Notes: generated by a model from the sequence alone, not told the origin. A DNA stretch of 64,000 bases from Oscillospiraceae bacterium (GCA_017439555.1 JAFSIZ010000007.1:8187-72186); one strand, 5' to 3'; shown: positions 1 to 10,803, counted from the stretch's first letter. Numbers and translations: made by a program.

Positions 1-637
1 ATGTGTGAATCTGGAGAATAAGATTGTTCTCTTTTGCAAATTCTGCGACCTTCATACGGCATTTTGTTTCCGTTGTATATTCCGCGTGTATCGATGCATC
101 AACGCGTATTCTTCCTCCCTCTGCCATATGGAAACGAGAGAAAAGCTCTCTCATTTCGGAAACGGACGGCATATTTTCAAAATCCTCGCCATTCCCGATT
201 ATCGAGCGTGAGAGGTTTGCTTTTATACCGGAAGTCTGCACAACTTCTGCTATATCTTCAACAAAGAAATAGCTGTCTGAAAAGGATGTCGTTCCCGATG
301 CGAGCATTTCCGCAATCGAAAGCTCTGTGCCTGCACGCACGGATTCTGATGTGAGCTTGTCCTCAGCCGGCCATATATGCTCACGAAGCCATACGTCGAG
401 CTCGCAATCATCAGACAAGCCTCTGAAAAGCGTCATCGGCACATGGGTGTGACCGTTTATGAGCCCCGGCATAAGGAGCTTTCCGCGCGCATCTATCCTG
501 CGCTTTGCCTGCTCCTGCGGCGCCGCTTCCCCGATATATACAATTTTTCCGCCTTTTACCGCAACATATGCATTTTCAAGATATGGAGCGGCCTCATCCA
601 TTGTTATAACCTTTGCATTTTCAAAAAGAATATCCAT
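1..637 (-). CDS. mtaD: Amidohydrolase, 5-methylthioadenosine/S-adenosylhomocysteine deaminase-like (5' part only, runs off window start)
   Basis: Absent from the ORF track because no stop lies in the window. My reverse-strand translation from ATG 637-635 reads MDILFENAKVITMDEAAPYLENAYVAVKGGKIVYIG...LMPGLINGHTHVPMTLFRGLSDD. This has the HxH metal motif and N-terminal layout of MtaD-type amidohydrolases. Confidence 0.7.
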   Translation of the reverse strand, partial: MDILFENAKVITMDEAAPYLENAYVAVKGGKIVYIGEAAPQEQAKRRIDARGKLLMPGLINGHTHVPMTLFRGLSDDCELDVWLREHIWPAEDKLTSESVRAGTELSIAEMLASGTTSFSDSYFFVEDIAEVVQTSGIKANLSRSIIGNGEDFENMPSVSEMRELFSRFHMAEGGRIRVDASIHAEYTTETKCRMKVAEFAKENNLILQIHT

Positions 638-680
638 AAAACCCCTCAGTATCCTTTCTGCAGAAATCAGCAGAAGATTC

Positions 681-1079
681 TCAGTCGTCAAATTTTGTTC
701 CGCAAGCAGAGCAGAATAAGTCGCCGGCATCGCATACTTTTCCGCATTCACTGCACTTCTTTCCTGCAGCTTCGTTTTTCTGCTGAGCGCGAAGCTCTTC
801 TATCTGTGCGTTTATCTCATCAATTGCCGCAAGCCTTTCATCAAGATCCTCCGGCAACATTTCACCACCCGAATGAGCGGCATATACCAATCTGCCGACT
901 TCCTTGTAAAGAACCTCAATATCGGTTGTGAGATCGAATATCTTGAGGCTTATCTTTGATGTGTTGTAGACGCCTTTTGCTTTCTCTCCTGCGCTCTCGG
1001 CTGTTTTTGCCGCAAATTCGCCTGCAGCTGTCGCTCCTGCGCAGATTTTATCCCATAAAGCCTTCATCTTGTCGTTCAT
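681..1079 (-). CDS. Zinc-ribbon domain protein with helical N-terminal part
   Basis: ORF 681..1106. C-terminal CSECGKVCDAGDLFCSACG (CxxC...CxxC). Start moved to ATG 1079, which is preceded by AAAGGAG; position 1106 is a TTG. Confidence 0.6.
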   Translation of the reverse strand: MNDKMKALWDKICAGATAAGEFAAKTAESAGEKAKGVYNTSKISLKIFDLTTDIEVLYKEVGRLVYAAHSGGEMLPEDLDERLAAIDEINAQIEELRAQQKNEAAGKKCSECGKVCDAGDLFCSACGTKFDD

Positions 1080-1127
1080 AAAAAAATCTCCTTTCACATC
1101 AGCCAATATTTTTATAATATATCAAAC

Positions 1128-2063
1128 TCAATATTCAAAATTTCCGCCGCCGATAAACTCGCGAAGCAACGAATCCTGAGGCACGAAATCATCTTCAAGA
1201 TCCTCAAAGCCTTTTATGTTTTCCATCAGGCGGCACACCTCATCGTATCTCGCAATCCCCTCGGGAATTTCTCTGACGACGCGAAGAAGATGCTTTTTCA
1301 TCACATTTTCTTCATATTCATGTGTGGAATTTATCGTGATGTCTGCCCTGTCCTTGAACGGAGAAATATACATTTTCTCACCGCGGCGGATTCCGTCCCA
1401 TATCGACAGCGTAAAATCAGCATCCGCACCGCGGAAGAGACTGTCGCGCACAATTCTTCGCGTAAGCCTTGACCACGTGCCCTTATAGAAAACATTTCCG
1501 CCGCGCATAAAATTGCTGCGTGCCGAGATATAGAGCTTTATGCCGTGAGCTCCTGCTGCCGATGTTATATCATCGTTCAGCGCGTGAATCCCCTCAAAGA
1601 TTACAATCTCGTTTTTACCGAGACGGAGCGGCATTGTTTCCTTTGCGCGGCACTGATTTGCGAAATCAAATTTCGGCATAAGAATTTCTTTTCCTGCCAC
1701 AAGCTCTTTTATATGCCTTTCAAGAAGCGGCATATCAAGGCAAAGCGGAGATTCATAATCGATTTCCCCGTCTTCGTTTTTCGGCGCTGTCGCCGTGTCC
1801 ACTGTTCTGAAGTAATCGTCAAGCGATATGGGATGTGTTGCAATACCGAGTCCCTCAAGGGCGCGTTCGAGCTTTTTTGCAGTCGTGGTTTTTCCTGAAC
1901 CCGAAGGCCCTGAAAGAAGCACAACGCAGCTCTCTCCTATTTTGTCTGCTATCTTCATTGCGGCAGACTGCACTGCTTTTCTGTAAGCTGCTTCACATTC
2001 CGCCACAAACTCACGCGGCTCGCTCTTTATCCTCGCGTTGATCTCCATTACATCAAAAGCCAT
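1128..2063 (-). CDS. P-loop nucleoside/uridine kinase-family protein
   Basis: Walker A LSGPSGSGKTTT. ATG preceded by GGAGG. Stop/start abuts hemZ. Confidence 0.6.
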   Translation of the reverse strand: MAFDVMEINARIKSEPREFVAECEAAYRKAVQSAAMKIADKIGESCVVLLSGPSGSGKTTTAKKLERALEGLGIATHPISLDDYFRTVDTATAPKNEDGEIDYESPLCLDMPLLERHIKELVAGKEILMPKFDFANQCRAKETMPLRLGKNEIVIFEGIHALNDDITSAAGAHGIKLYISARSNFMRGGNVFYKGTWSRLTRRIVRDSLFRGADADFTLSIWDGIRRGEKMYISPFKDRADITINSTHEYEENVMKKHLLRVVREIPEGIARYDEVCRLMENIKGFEDLEDDFVPQDSLLREFIGGGNFEY

Positions 2064-2064
2064 C

Positions 2065-3543
2065 TTAACCCTCCTGTTTTCCGAAAAATTCTCCTATTCT
2101 TGCGCAGGTCTCCTCTATCTTCTGCTCTGCATTATTGTATTCATATGGGTATTTGGGATTGAATATACGTTCAATCGCCCCTATGCGGCGATTTATAAGC
2201 TTTGTAACTCCTCCTGCACCTGCCGACAGAATTGTGTGGAGCTCATCCATAATATAATTGTTATACGCGCTTTCACAGCCCGGCTTTGAATATCCGACAT
2301 TCTCAAGATTGCCCGACATATATTTCTGACGATAGAGATAATACGGAAAATATCCCGAATCTCCAAGTGCCCCCATCGCATATTCAACCATCCGCTCTGT
2401 CTGCTCACCGTCAGGCAAGATATAGTTTTCTCGATGAAGCTCCGAGCCTTTTTTTATCGCAAGCGTGTGAACGGTTATATTTTCCGGAGAAAGCCCGATC
2501 ATACGGTCAACCGAATTTTTAAAGCTTTCAAAGTTATCTCCCGGAAGCCCTGCGATAAGATCTGTATTTATGAGAAGCCCACCTGTGCGCCTTACATCAG
2601 CTATCGCACGGACAACATCCTCCGCCGTGTGGCGTCTGTCCATTTCAGCAAGAATCTTATCGTTCATCGTCTGCGGATTGACGCTTATCCGAGTCGCCCC
2701 TCCGCTTCGTATCACGCGGATTTTTTCAACAGACAACGTATCCGGGCGGCCTCCTTCAACAGTATATTCCTCTGCATCGGAAACATTGAAATTTCTTGCT
2801 ATGCAATCCATAACAAAAGCAAGCTCTTCTGCCGAAAGAGCAGTCGGCGTACCGCCTCCGATATATATAGAACGAAGCGAAAGCCCAGCTTCTCCTGCAG
2901 CTCTGCCAAGGCCCTCAAGCTCGCGTTCAAGCATTCTGAGATATGGCCCGACAAGATTTCTCGCCTTTTCGATAGAATGGCTCACGAACGAGCAATATCT
3001 GCAACGGGATGCACAAAACGGTATGCCGACATACAGCGACATATCGCGCACATCCGTGCTCTCTGCCATATTCTCGGCGCGGACTGCACATCTTGCCGCA
3101 AGAGCAGCTCTTTCCGGTGATACGAAATAGTCCTCACACATCGCAGCTGCGGCTTCCTTCTCGGAAAATCCGTCTTTTATGTATTTTGCAGCCACCTTTG
3201 ACGGGCGTATGCCCGTCAGCGCTCCCCATGCAGGTGTTTTGGGGAGAAATTCAAGGCTTGCACGATAAAATGAGGTCTTTATCGCACGCTTTGAGGCTCT
3301 TTTCTTCTCCTCATCATCACCGCCGGGTATCGGGAAGATAGCTTCGGCACAGCTTTTTTTATCACCGAGATATATCTCGGTTTCGGAAACAAAGCTACCC
3401 GTCTCTTCCTTCAGCGATGAAATTATATAATCGCCGCCATCAGGCTTTTCCGCCACAAACTCCGCGTGGGAATTCGGGAACATACACATATATATCTGCT
3501 GTGCGGCAAACTCGAAATCATGACCTTTCAAATAGAGCTTCAC
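2065..3543 (-). CDS. hemZ: Radical SAM coproporphyrinogen-dehydrogenase-like protein (HemZ type)
   Basis: 492 aa. Radical SAM CxxxCxxC motif in GIPFCASRCRYCSF. GTG start overlaps the upstream stop (GTGA). Confidence 0.75.
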   Translation of the reverse strand: MKLYLKGHDFEFAAQQIYMCMFPNSHAEFVAEKPDGGDYIISSLKEETGSFVSETEIYLGDKKSCAEAIFPIPGGDDEEKKRASKRAIKTSFYRASLEFLPKTPAWGALTGIRPSKVAAKYIKDGFSEKEAAAAMCEDYFVSPERAALAARCAVRAENMAESTDVRDMSLYVGIPFCASRCRYCSFVSHSIEKARNLVGPYLRMLERELEGLGRAAGEAGLSLRSIYIGGGTPTALSAEELAFVMDCIARNFNVSDAEEYTVEGGRPDTLSVEKIRVIRSGGATRISVNPQTMNDKILAEMDRRHTAEDVVRAIADVRRTGGLLINTDLIAGLPGDNFESFKNSVDRMIGLSPENITVHTLAIKKGSELHRENYILPDGEQTERMVEYAMGALGDSGYFPYYLYRQKYMSGNLENVGYSKPGCESAYNNYIMDELHTILSAGAGGVTKLINRRIGAIERIFNPKYPYEYNNAEQKIEETCARIGEFFGKQEG

Positions 3544-4169
3544 TGTCTCATCGCCTCTGCCATATATGGGTTATATACACGCTCGTGTGAAAGCGTGGTT
3601 GCCTGCTCGTGTCCGGGAAGAACTCTATAGTCGCCGGGAAGCTCATAGAGCTTTTTCAACGAGCGGAGCATTTCTTCATAGTCGCCTCCTGCAAGGTCAC
3701 ACCTTCCGCACGTTCCTGCAAACAAAGTATCTCCGGAGAACATCGTATCCTCACAGATTATACACATACTTCCCTCTGTGTGACCCGGAGTTGTTATAAA
3801 CTCAAAATGCATCTCTCCTGCATCTATCGCACCGGACCCGACGATCTCGATATCCGCATAGAGCGGAATAAAGTCACGGCGGCGCAAAGCAGTCTGCCCC
3901 GAAAGCTCTGCATCGCGCATACGCGCTCTTTCTCCGACATTGGCCACAAGCTTTGCTCCAGTTTTCTTTATGATATCATCAACAGCAAGCACGTGGTCAA
4001 AATGTGCGTGAGTCAGAAATATATGCTTTATTTCGACACCGAGCTCTTCTGCTTTTCCGATTATCAGCTCTGCATTTGCACCCGGATCTATCACAACAGC
4101 GACCTTGCCATCGTGTACGAGGTAGCAATTTGTGTTTATAAAGCCCACAACGAGAGTTTCTATCTTCAT
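3540..4169 (-). CDS. MBL-fold metallo-hydrolase (hydroxyacylglutathione hydrolase-like)
   Basis: THAHFDH metal motif. 209 aa. ATG overlaps the dtd stop. Confidence 0.8.
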   Translation of the reverse strand: MKIETLVVGFINTNCYLVHDGKVAVVIDPGANAELIIGKAEELGVEIKHIFLTHAHFDHVLAVDDIIKKTGAKLVANVGERARMRDAELSGQTALRRRDFIPLYADIEIVGSGAIDAGEMHFEFITTPGHTEGSMCIICEDTMFSGDTLFAGTCGRCDLAGGDYEEMLRSLKKLYELPGDYRVLPGHEQATTLSHERVYNPYMAEAMRQ

Positions 4170-4633
4170 TATTTTTCTGCCTTTCCGAATACATCCTCTG
4201 TATCCATAACAATGGTAACCGGCCCATCGTTTATTGATTCAAGCTCCATATATGCCCCGAAGACTCCGGTTTCCGTCTTATAGCCTGCATCGCGCAGAAG
4301 CGCTGTGAAATATTCATAGAGCGGCCGCGCAAGCTCAGGCCGCGCCGCATCAATGAAGCTCGGACGGTTGCCCTTCTGCGTGTTGGCATAGAGCGTGAAG
4401 TTTGATACCACCATCATCGAGCCGTTTACCTGTGAACAGGAGAGATTGAGTTTTTCTTCCGAATCCTCAAAAATTCTCATCTGGGTTATCTTTCTCGCAA
4501 GATATTCTGCATCTGCTGTGGAATCATTTACAGATACCCCAAGAAGAATGAGAAGCCCCTTTCCTATTTTTGAATGTGTCACACCGTCTATCTTGACTTC
4601 CGCTGATTTGACTCGCGTTATAACTGCTCTCAC
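4169..4633 (-). CDS. dtd: D-aminoacyl-tRNA deacylase
   Basis: MRAVITRV... and SNFTLYANTQKGNRPSF are typical Dtd motifs. GTG start with GGAGGGG RBS. Conserved position after relA. Confidence 0.85.
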   Translation of the reverse strand: MRAVITRVKSAEVKIDGVTHSKIGKGLLILLGVSVNDSTADAEYLARKITQMRIFEDSEEKLNLSCSQVNGSMMVVSNFTLYANTQKGNRPSFIDAARPELARPLYEYFTALLRDAGYKTETGVFGAYMELESINDGPVTIVMDTEDVFGKAEK

Positions 4634-4659
4634 GTTTTCCCCTCCAAAAGGTGTCTTTT

Positions 4660-6837
4660 TTAGCTGAATGAGCGCTTGACGTCTATCACTCCGGCAACGC
4701 CGTGAAGCTTGTTCATAACATATTCAAGCTGCTCTTTGCCGTTTGTATTCATAACGATATTGACAACGGCATAGCCGTCGCCCAGGCGACGTGCATCAAG
4801 CTGATGCACAGGTATTTTCAAATTGTTGAGCACCGCCGCAACATCCATAACAAGACCGTTTCGGTCCTTCGCGGAAATCTGAAGCGAGGTCTGGAATTTG
4901 TCCTTGACATCGTCTGCCCACGACACGGCGATCCAGCGCGTCAGGTCGTTTGCATCCTTCATCGCATTTTCGACGTTCTGGCAATCCGAGCGGTGAACGG
5001 AAACGCCATAGCCGCGTGTTATGAATCCGATAATCGAATCTCCCGGAATCGGCGTGCAGCAACGTGCAAACTTGACGAGGCAATTTTCAACCCCCGGAAC
5101 GATTACGCCGGAATTTGATGTTTTCGGCTTTGGTGCCGCCGCGATTTTCTCCTGCACCTCTGCGTCTGCATCGGGTGGAGGAGGCGCATTTTTTGCAAGC
5201 TCTGCACGGATGCGATTGACAACACGGCTGATTTTCGTGCCGCCATATCCGAGGCTTGCATAAAGCTCATCAACCTTTGAGAATGACATCCTGCCCGACA
5301 CTGTGGCAACAACCGCCTGAACAGCTTCATCGGAAAGGTTTATGTCCTCGCGCTTGAGCTCACGCTCAAGCTCTGTTCTTCCGCGCAGAATGTTTTCCTC
5401 ACGGCATTCTTTTTTGAACCACTGTTTTATTTTATTGCGGGCTTCTCCTGTTTTGACTATCTTTATCCAGTCACGGCTTGGCCCTTTTCCTGAATTCGAA
5501 GTCAATACCTCGACAATCTCGCCGTTCTGGAGCTTGTAATCAAGCTGAACCATACGGTTGTTTACCTTGGCTCCGACCATACGGTTTCCGACAGCAGAAT
5601 GTATCGAATATGCAAAGTCGATAGGCGTTGAGCCGGCAGGCAGGCTTATAACGTCGCCGTTTGGCGTAAATACGAAAACCTCATCGCTGAACATATCCGT
5701 CTTGAGAGAGGTTATGAAGTCTTCGTCTTCTACCTCCTGGTTTTCAAGAAGCTGGCGCACCCAGGCAAGCTTTTCTTCGAGATTGCTCTTGCTGACGCCT
5801 GATTTATATTTCCAGTGTGCGGCAATACCGTATTCCGCCGTCTGATGCATATCGTGAGTCCTGATCTGCACCTCGAACGGGATACCCTCACGCCCGATGA
5901 CCGTTGTGTGGAGCGACTGATACATATTGGGCTTCGGCGTGCTTATATAGTCCTTGAAGCGCCCCGGCACCGGATGATACATATCGTGGATGAAGCCGAG
6001 GACATTATAGCAATCGGCAACGGTATCGACAATAACACGCATAGCATAGAGATCGTATACCTCGTCTATCGTCTTGTGCTGGGTATACATCTTGCGGTAG
6101 ATGCTGTATATGTGCTTAACTCTGCTCTGCAGCGATGCACTTATCCCTGCTTCTTCAAGCCTTGCGACAAGAGATTCCTTTATATGCTCAAGAAACTCAT
6201 CACGCTCGCGGCTTCTCTTCTCAAGCTCTTCTGTGATCTCAGCATATCCGACAGGGTCAAGGCAACGCAACGAGCGGTCTTCAAGCTCCCATTTCACCTT
6301 CTGCATACCGAGGCGATGCGCAAGCGGTGCATATACCTCCATCGTCTCAAGAGCCTTTTCGCGCTGTTTCTCAGGCTTGTGGAATTCTATCGTGCGCATA
6401 TTGTGAAGCCTGTCTGCAATCTTTATGAGGATAACGCGGATGTCCTTGCCCATATAGAGGAACATCTTGCGCAGGTTTTCCATCTGCGCCTCTTCCTTGC
6501 TTGTATAGGGCATTCTCGTCAGCTTTGATACACCCTCGACAATATCGGCAACCTCTTTGCCGAATTTTGATTTGATCTTGTCATAGCCATAGTCTGTGTC
6601 TTCGATGCAATCGTGCAGAAGAGCCGATACAACGGAATCTGTGTCGAGTTCCATATCCGCAACAATCTCCGCCACGGCAATCGGATGTGTGACATAATCG
6701 CTGCCGTCGCGCCGTTTCTGCCCTTCATGTGCAGCCGTTGCAAGATCATATGCATCGTGAATGCGCTGCTCGTCTGCATGGGGCATATATCCTTTTATTT
6801 TACCTATCAGTTCGTAATATTTTGATTCAGGCATCAT
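4660..6837 (-). CDS. relA: Bifunctional (p)ppGpp synthetase/hydrolase (RelA/SpoT family)
   Basis: 725 aa. HD hydrolase region (HPIAVAEIV...LLHDCIEDT), synthetase region (YRSLHTTV-like QSLHTTVIG), TGS and ACT C-terminal parts. Confidence 0.92.
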   Translation of the reverse strand: MMPESKYYELIGKIKGYMPHADEQRIHDAYDLATAAHEGQKRRDGSDYVTHPIAVAEIVADMELDTDSVVSALLHDCIEDTDYGYDKIKSKFGKEVADIVEGVSKLTRMPYTSKEEAQMENLRKMFLYMGKDIRVILIKIADRLHNMRTIEFHKPEKQREKALETMEVYAPLAHRLGMQKVKWELEDRSLRCLDPVGYAEITEELEKRSRERDEFLEHIKESLVARLEEAGISASLQSRVKHIYSIYRKMYTQHKTIDEVYDLYAMRVIVDTVADCYNVLGFIHDMYHPVPGRFKDYISTPKPNMYQSLHTTVIGREGIPFEVQIRTHDMHQTAEYGIAAHWKYKSGVSKSNLEEKLAWVRQLLENQEVEDEDFITSLKTDMFSDEVFVFTPNGDVISLPAGSTPIDFAYSIHSAVGNRMVGAKVNNRMVQLDYKLQNGEIVEVLTSNSGKGPSRDWIKIVKTGEARNKIKQWFKKECREENILRGRTELERELKREDINLSDEAVQAVVATVSGRMSFSKVDELYASLGYGGTKISRVVNRIRAELAKNAPPPPDADAEVQEKIAAAPKPKTSNSGVIVPGVENCLVKFARCCTPIPGDSIIGFITRGYGVSVHRSDCQNVENAMKDANDLTRWIAVSWADDVKDKFQTSLQISAKDRNGLVMDVAAVLNNLKIPVHQLDARRLGDGYAVVNIVMNTNGKEQLEYVMNKLHGVAGVIDVKRSFS

Positions 6838-6846
6838 AGACCATCA

Positions 6847-8883
6847 TCAACTCCCACAACTTTTAAATAGTTTATATGTTCTCGAATCATTGAGATCGAC
6901 CTTATTATTATGATCTGCAATCTTTATGTCCACTCTGTAATCTCTGCAATCATAGCCCATAAGACCAACCTCTGAGAAAATCTGAAATGCAACCAGAAGC
7001 TTTGAAAGCGTTATGGTTCGGCTCGCGGCAAACAACCTGCGCTTGACCTCAAGAAGCGGCGCCGAAACCGGGAAATCCGCACGGGTAATCATCCTCCAGA
7101 TTTTCCCGAGCTCCTCATAGCTTATCTCAACACCCTCGCTCGCCTTTCCCTCAACGGCATTCGCAAGGCATTCATATGCAGCGCCGAACTCCGCTATATC
7201 CGCTTCACAGGGGCGCGCATCCTTTATATGGAGCTGCACATTCTCACCGAGGAAATTGTTTATTTCCGGAGTGAATACAATATCTATATAATCTCCCTCC
7301 GAAAACGGAAGCGTTTCTGCGCGCTTCCCGAAATATACACACTGAAAAACGCCTGCGTGCTCTATCTGCAGCTTTGTGTGGCGGTTATTTCCTATCGGCA
7401 CAATCCGCGCAACCTTGCACTTGTCAAGCCTGAGCTTCGGCGCCTCATTGTCCTTTCCATAGGGCTCCATCGCTCGAAGCGCATGGAGCTGTGCAATCGT
7501 GAGTTCAGAGGCTGCTGCCCTGAAATCGACATCAAGCATCGGGACGTAATCGCGCATATCCGCATACATCTCTTCGTTCATACGGCGGCGAAATTCCGCG
7601 ATATTCTCTCGCTTTATGACAATACCTGCTGCAAGATCGTGCCCTCCGAATTTTTCAAGCAGATCAGAGCATCTTCCGAGAGCGGAATGAAGGCTGACGC
7701 CCTCAACACTTCTTCCCGAGCCTCGGCACTCCCCATCCTCCACAGATATAAGTATTGTCGGTTTTCCGAACATATTGCATATTCTCGATGCAACGATGCC
7801 GAGCACGCCATGATGCCATCCGTCGCCGTCAATGACGATTGCGCTTGCGTCTTTATATTCCGGATGCGCTTCTATAACAGCAAGCGCCTCTTTCATTATA
7901 TTTCCTTCGCATTGCTGGCGCTCCTTGTTCTTTCCATCCAGCTCGCTCGCAAGCTCCTTTGCATTGTCTTCATCCGCGAACAACAGACGAAGAGACAGCT
8001 CTGCGCTTCCCATTCTTCCTGCCGCATTCATACGCGGGCCGACAAGAAAGCCTATTGCACCTGCTGTCAGCGGTTCGCCTTTTTTCGATCCAGCCTGATC
8101 AAGCAGCGCTGTTATACCTGTCTCTCTGCGCTCATCTATAAGCTTCAAGCCGTTTGCAACGATTATTCTGTTCTCATCTGCTATAGGCATAACATCGGCA
8201 ACCGTTCCTATGCAGACATACGGCAGATATTTGTTCATTATTTCAAGATTGCTTCCGCTCATAGCGCACACAAGCTTGAATGCAACGCCAACCCCGGCAA
8301 GCGCCTTGAAGGGATATCCGCAATCACTTCTGTTTGGATTTACAACCGCACACGCCTCCGGAAGCTCTTCACAGCATTTGTGGTGATCGGTTATGACAAG
8401 ATCCAGCCCGAGCTCCTTTGCATATCGCGCTTCTTCCACAGCCGTAATCCCGGTGTCAACCGTTATCACAAGCTTCACCCCCTGAGCACAGAGCGAATCG
8501 AGCGCTCCGCGTGACACGCCATAGCCGTCTCCGAATCTGTCAGGGATGTGATATATACAGTCAACCCCGAGAGAGCGGAGAAAATGCACGAGTATATATG
8601 TAGATGTAACACCATCTGCATCATAGTCGCCATAGACGGCAATCTTCTCATTTGACATTATCGCCTCAGAAATGCGCTCCACTGCCTTTTGCATATCGCA
8701 CATAAGAAACGGGTCGTAAAGATCAGACAGGTTCTTTTTCGTAAACCTCTCCGCCTCACGCGCCGAGGTTATTCCTCTCACTGCAAGAAGCTTTGCTGTG
8801 AGCGACGGAACACCCAGCGCTTCCATAAGCTCACGGACTGTATTTTCGTCGTATTCTCCTGTTATCCATTTTGTGTTTTTCAT
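6847..8883 (-). CDS. recJ: Single-stranded-DNA-specific exonuclease RecJ
   Basis: 678 aa. DHH-family motifs (YGDYDADGVTS, VITDHH). Conserved recJ-relA adjacency. Confidence 0.9.
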   Translation of the reverse strand: MKNTKWITGEYDENTVRELMEALGVPSLTAKLLAVRGITSAREAERFTKKNLSDLYDPFLMCDMQKAVERISEAIMSNEKIAVYGDYDADGVTSTYILVHFLRSLGVDCIYHIPDRFGDGYGVSRGALDSLCAQGVKLVITVDTGITAVEEARYAKELGLDLVITDHHKCCEELPEACAVVNPNRSDCGYPFKALAGVGVAFKLVCAMSGSNLEIMNKYLPYVCIGTVADVMPIADENRIIVANGLKLIDERRETGITALLDQAGSKKGEPLTAGAIGFLVGPRMNAAGRMGSAELSLRLLFADEDNAKELASELDGKNKERQQCEGNIMKEALAVIEAHPEYKDASAIVIDGDGWHHGVLGIVASRICNMFGKPTILISVEDGECRGSGRSVEGVSLHSALGRCSDLLEKFGGHDLAAGIVIKRENIAEFRRRMNEEMYADMRDYVPMLDVDFRAAASELTIAQLHALRAMEPYGKDNEAPKLRLDKCKVARIVPIGNNRHTKLQIEHAGVFQCVYFGKRAETLPFSEGDYIDIVFTPEINNFLGENVQLHIKDARPCEADIAEFGAAYECLANAVEGKASEGVEISYEELGKIWRMITRADFPVSAPLLEVKRRLFAASRTITLSKLLVAFQIFSEVGLMGYDCRDYRVDIKIADHNNKVDLNDSRTYKLFKSCGS

Positions 8884-9049
8884 ATCTTAAAATTCCTTTA
8901 TTCTTTATCCTTATATTATAACAAAATAAAATATAAAATACAACAAAAACTATCTTCCAAAAAGCAAAATTACCAAAGGCATCACTTATTGTAAATATTA
9001 TATTTTCAAACACCGCAAAACAGTGTATAATAAATCCGGTGGTGTAATT

Positions 9050-9883
9050 ATGTTCAATGATAAACTGAAAAACATAAAAATAATCGCAAAGGAGCTTTAT
9101 ACCCGTTTTATCGAGCACGAAATAAGCTATTCGGCAGGTCGGATTGCATATTTCTTTATTCTCTCGGTTTTTCCTTTTCTCATATTCGTAAATGCAATAA
9201 TTGCCTCTCTCAATATTCCCGGTGATGCCGCAATCTCTTTTTTAGAGCCGCTTTTTCCTGAGCAGATAGTCTCTTTCATCGCGCGGTATCTCGAATATAT
9301 AAACGGTGAAAACGCTCTGCCGCTGCTTTCCTTCGGTATTGTTCTGTCTCTGTTTTCCGCTTCAAAGGCAATCCGCTCGCTTATGCACGCATTTGAGCTT
9401 GCATACGGAGAGCAGCACAGGCGCAGATTTTTCTCACAAATCATTTTTTCGATGCTTTTTATAATCCTCTCCGCGGTCATCTTCACCTTCTGCGTTGCCG
9501 TTGTCGCCCTCGGCAATGATTTCGTTTCCACACTCATATCGGATATGCCGTTCAACCTCGCATTCATCGACCTGTTCTCACTCTGGCGTTGGGTCACTAT
9601 GGCGCTTATTATGTTTATAACTCTTTCTCTTGTATATAAGCTCATTCCATCATCAAAGGTGAAATTTTCCGAAACCCTGCCGGGGTGTATCTTTGCCCTG
9701 CTAAGCTTTCTCATCTTCACAGCAGGCTTCTCCTTTTATGTGAACAATATAGCATCTGCATCGGTATTCTACGGCACAGTCGGCGCTGTTATGCTCTTTA
9801 TGCTCTGGATGTATTTTGCAGGTATAATCATCACACTCGGAGCCGAGCTCAACAAGATAGTTTCAGATCTGAAAAAGCGTTGA
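9050..9883 (+). CDS. YihY/BrkB family membrane protein
   Basis: Polytopic membrane profile and family-typical N-terminus (EHEISYSAGRIAYFFILSVFPFLIF). The ORF-track start 9023 is a GTG, so I prefer ATG 9050. Confidence 0.7.
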   Translation: MFNDKLKNIKIIAKELYTRFIEHEISYSAGRIAYFFILSVFPFLIFVNAIIASLNIPGDAAISFLEPLFPEQIVSFIARYLEYINGENALPLLSFGIVLSLFSASKAIRSLMHAFELAYGEQHRRRFFSQIIFSMLFIILSAVIFTFCVAVVALGNDFVSTLISDMPFNLAFIDLFSLWRWVTMALIMFITLSLVYKLIPSSKVKFSETLPGCIFALLSFLIFTAGFSFYVNNIASASVFYGTVGAVMLFMLWMYFAGIIITLGAELNKIVSDLKKR

Positions 9884-9946
9884 CACAAAGACTTTGTTGT
9901 GTTATCCTTACAGCAATATCAAAATAATATTTATAAGGTGAAAAAT

Positions 9947-10789
9947 ATGAGAATTGCTATTATGACTGATATGGAAGGCGTTGCAGGAGTTGTAAACTTC
10001 AAGGACTGGATTTTTCCCGAAAGCAAATATTACGAACAGGGAAAAGCCCTTCTGACAGAAGAGGTCAACGCGGCTATCCGCGGTTTTTTCGATGCAGGAG
10101 CAACAGAATGCTTCGTCATTGACGGCCACGGCCACGGCGCGATAGACGTATCTCTCCTTGACGAGCGTGCTCTCTATTCCCGAGGATGGGGAATCTATCA
10201 CGAATTCGGCCTCAGCGAGGGCTGGGATGCCATCGCATGGGTAGGTCAGCACGCAAAATCGGGAACTAAGCTCTCCCATCTGACACATACAGGCGATCCA
10301 AAGGTGCTCGAGGTCAGGATAAACGGCATCTCTGTCGGCGAATACGGGCAATGCCTGTTTATCGCAGGTGCATATGGCACACCTGTCATCTTTGCCTCCG
10401 GAGAGAGAGCTTTCTGCGAGGAAGCACGTGAGCTTGCACCCTTTGTCCACACCGCTGAAACGAAATACGGAGTAACGCTCGATGACGGCCGCGATTGCTC
10501 CTCGGAGGAATATTGGGAGCACAATCTCGGCGCTGTACATGTTCATCCAAATGTTGCAAGAGCCCGTATATATGAGGGAGCAAAGGCCGCACTTGAGGAA
10601 TATATAGCAGATCCCGGGAAATTTGAGCCAATCTGCCCCGAGCCGCCGTTTATCCGCGAATGCTGGGTACGCGCATCAGCTGACAAGCCTGCCCACAAGG
10701 ATACACGCCGCCACGACAGCGACATTCTCAAAATGTTTGCCGCAAAGCCCGAAATTCTGAACGAAGGCGAATATTCGCTTCCCGACTGA
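9947..10789 (+). CDS. M55-family D-aminopeptidase (DppA-like)
   Basis: MRIAIMTDMEGVAGV N-terminus is typical of peptidase M55. ATG 9947 is preceded by AAGGTG. The track's upstream extension lacks an RBS. Confidence 0.75.
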   Translation: MRIAIMTDMEGVAGVVNFKDWIFPESKYYEQGKALLTEEVNAAIRGFFDAGATECFVIDGHGHGAIDVSLLDERALYSRGWGIYHEFGLSEGWDAIAWVGQHAKSGTKLSHLTHTGDPKVLEVRINGISVGEYGQCLFIAGAYGTPVIFASGERAFCEEARELAPFVHTAETKYGVTLDDGRDCSSEEYWEHNLGAVHVHPNVARARIYEGAKAALEEYIADPGKFEPICPEPPFIRECWVRASADKPAHKDTRRHDSDILKMFAAKPEILNEGEYSLPD

Positions 10790-10803
10790 TATTAAGAGAC
10801 GCA

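Noticed and set aside
7228-8514. 428-aa plus-strand ORF, with similar long antisense ORFs at 19917-20876, 12001-12909, 13477-14124, 51296-52111, 5815-6528 and 34736-35197
   Set aside because: Each lies fully antisense to a gene with strong family motifs (recJ, alaS, purA/wecC, cysteine desulfurase, MFS, relA, HK). They have Cys/Arg/Ser-rich low-complexity composition and lack RBSs.
8884-9049. Small RNA or tRNA in the larger AT-rich intergenic gaps (also 13363-13515, 33911-34076, 44751-44957, 62100-62247)
   Set aside because: I could fold no cloverleaf-compatible stems and found no conserved riboswitch cores. The content is consistent with promoters and leaders.
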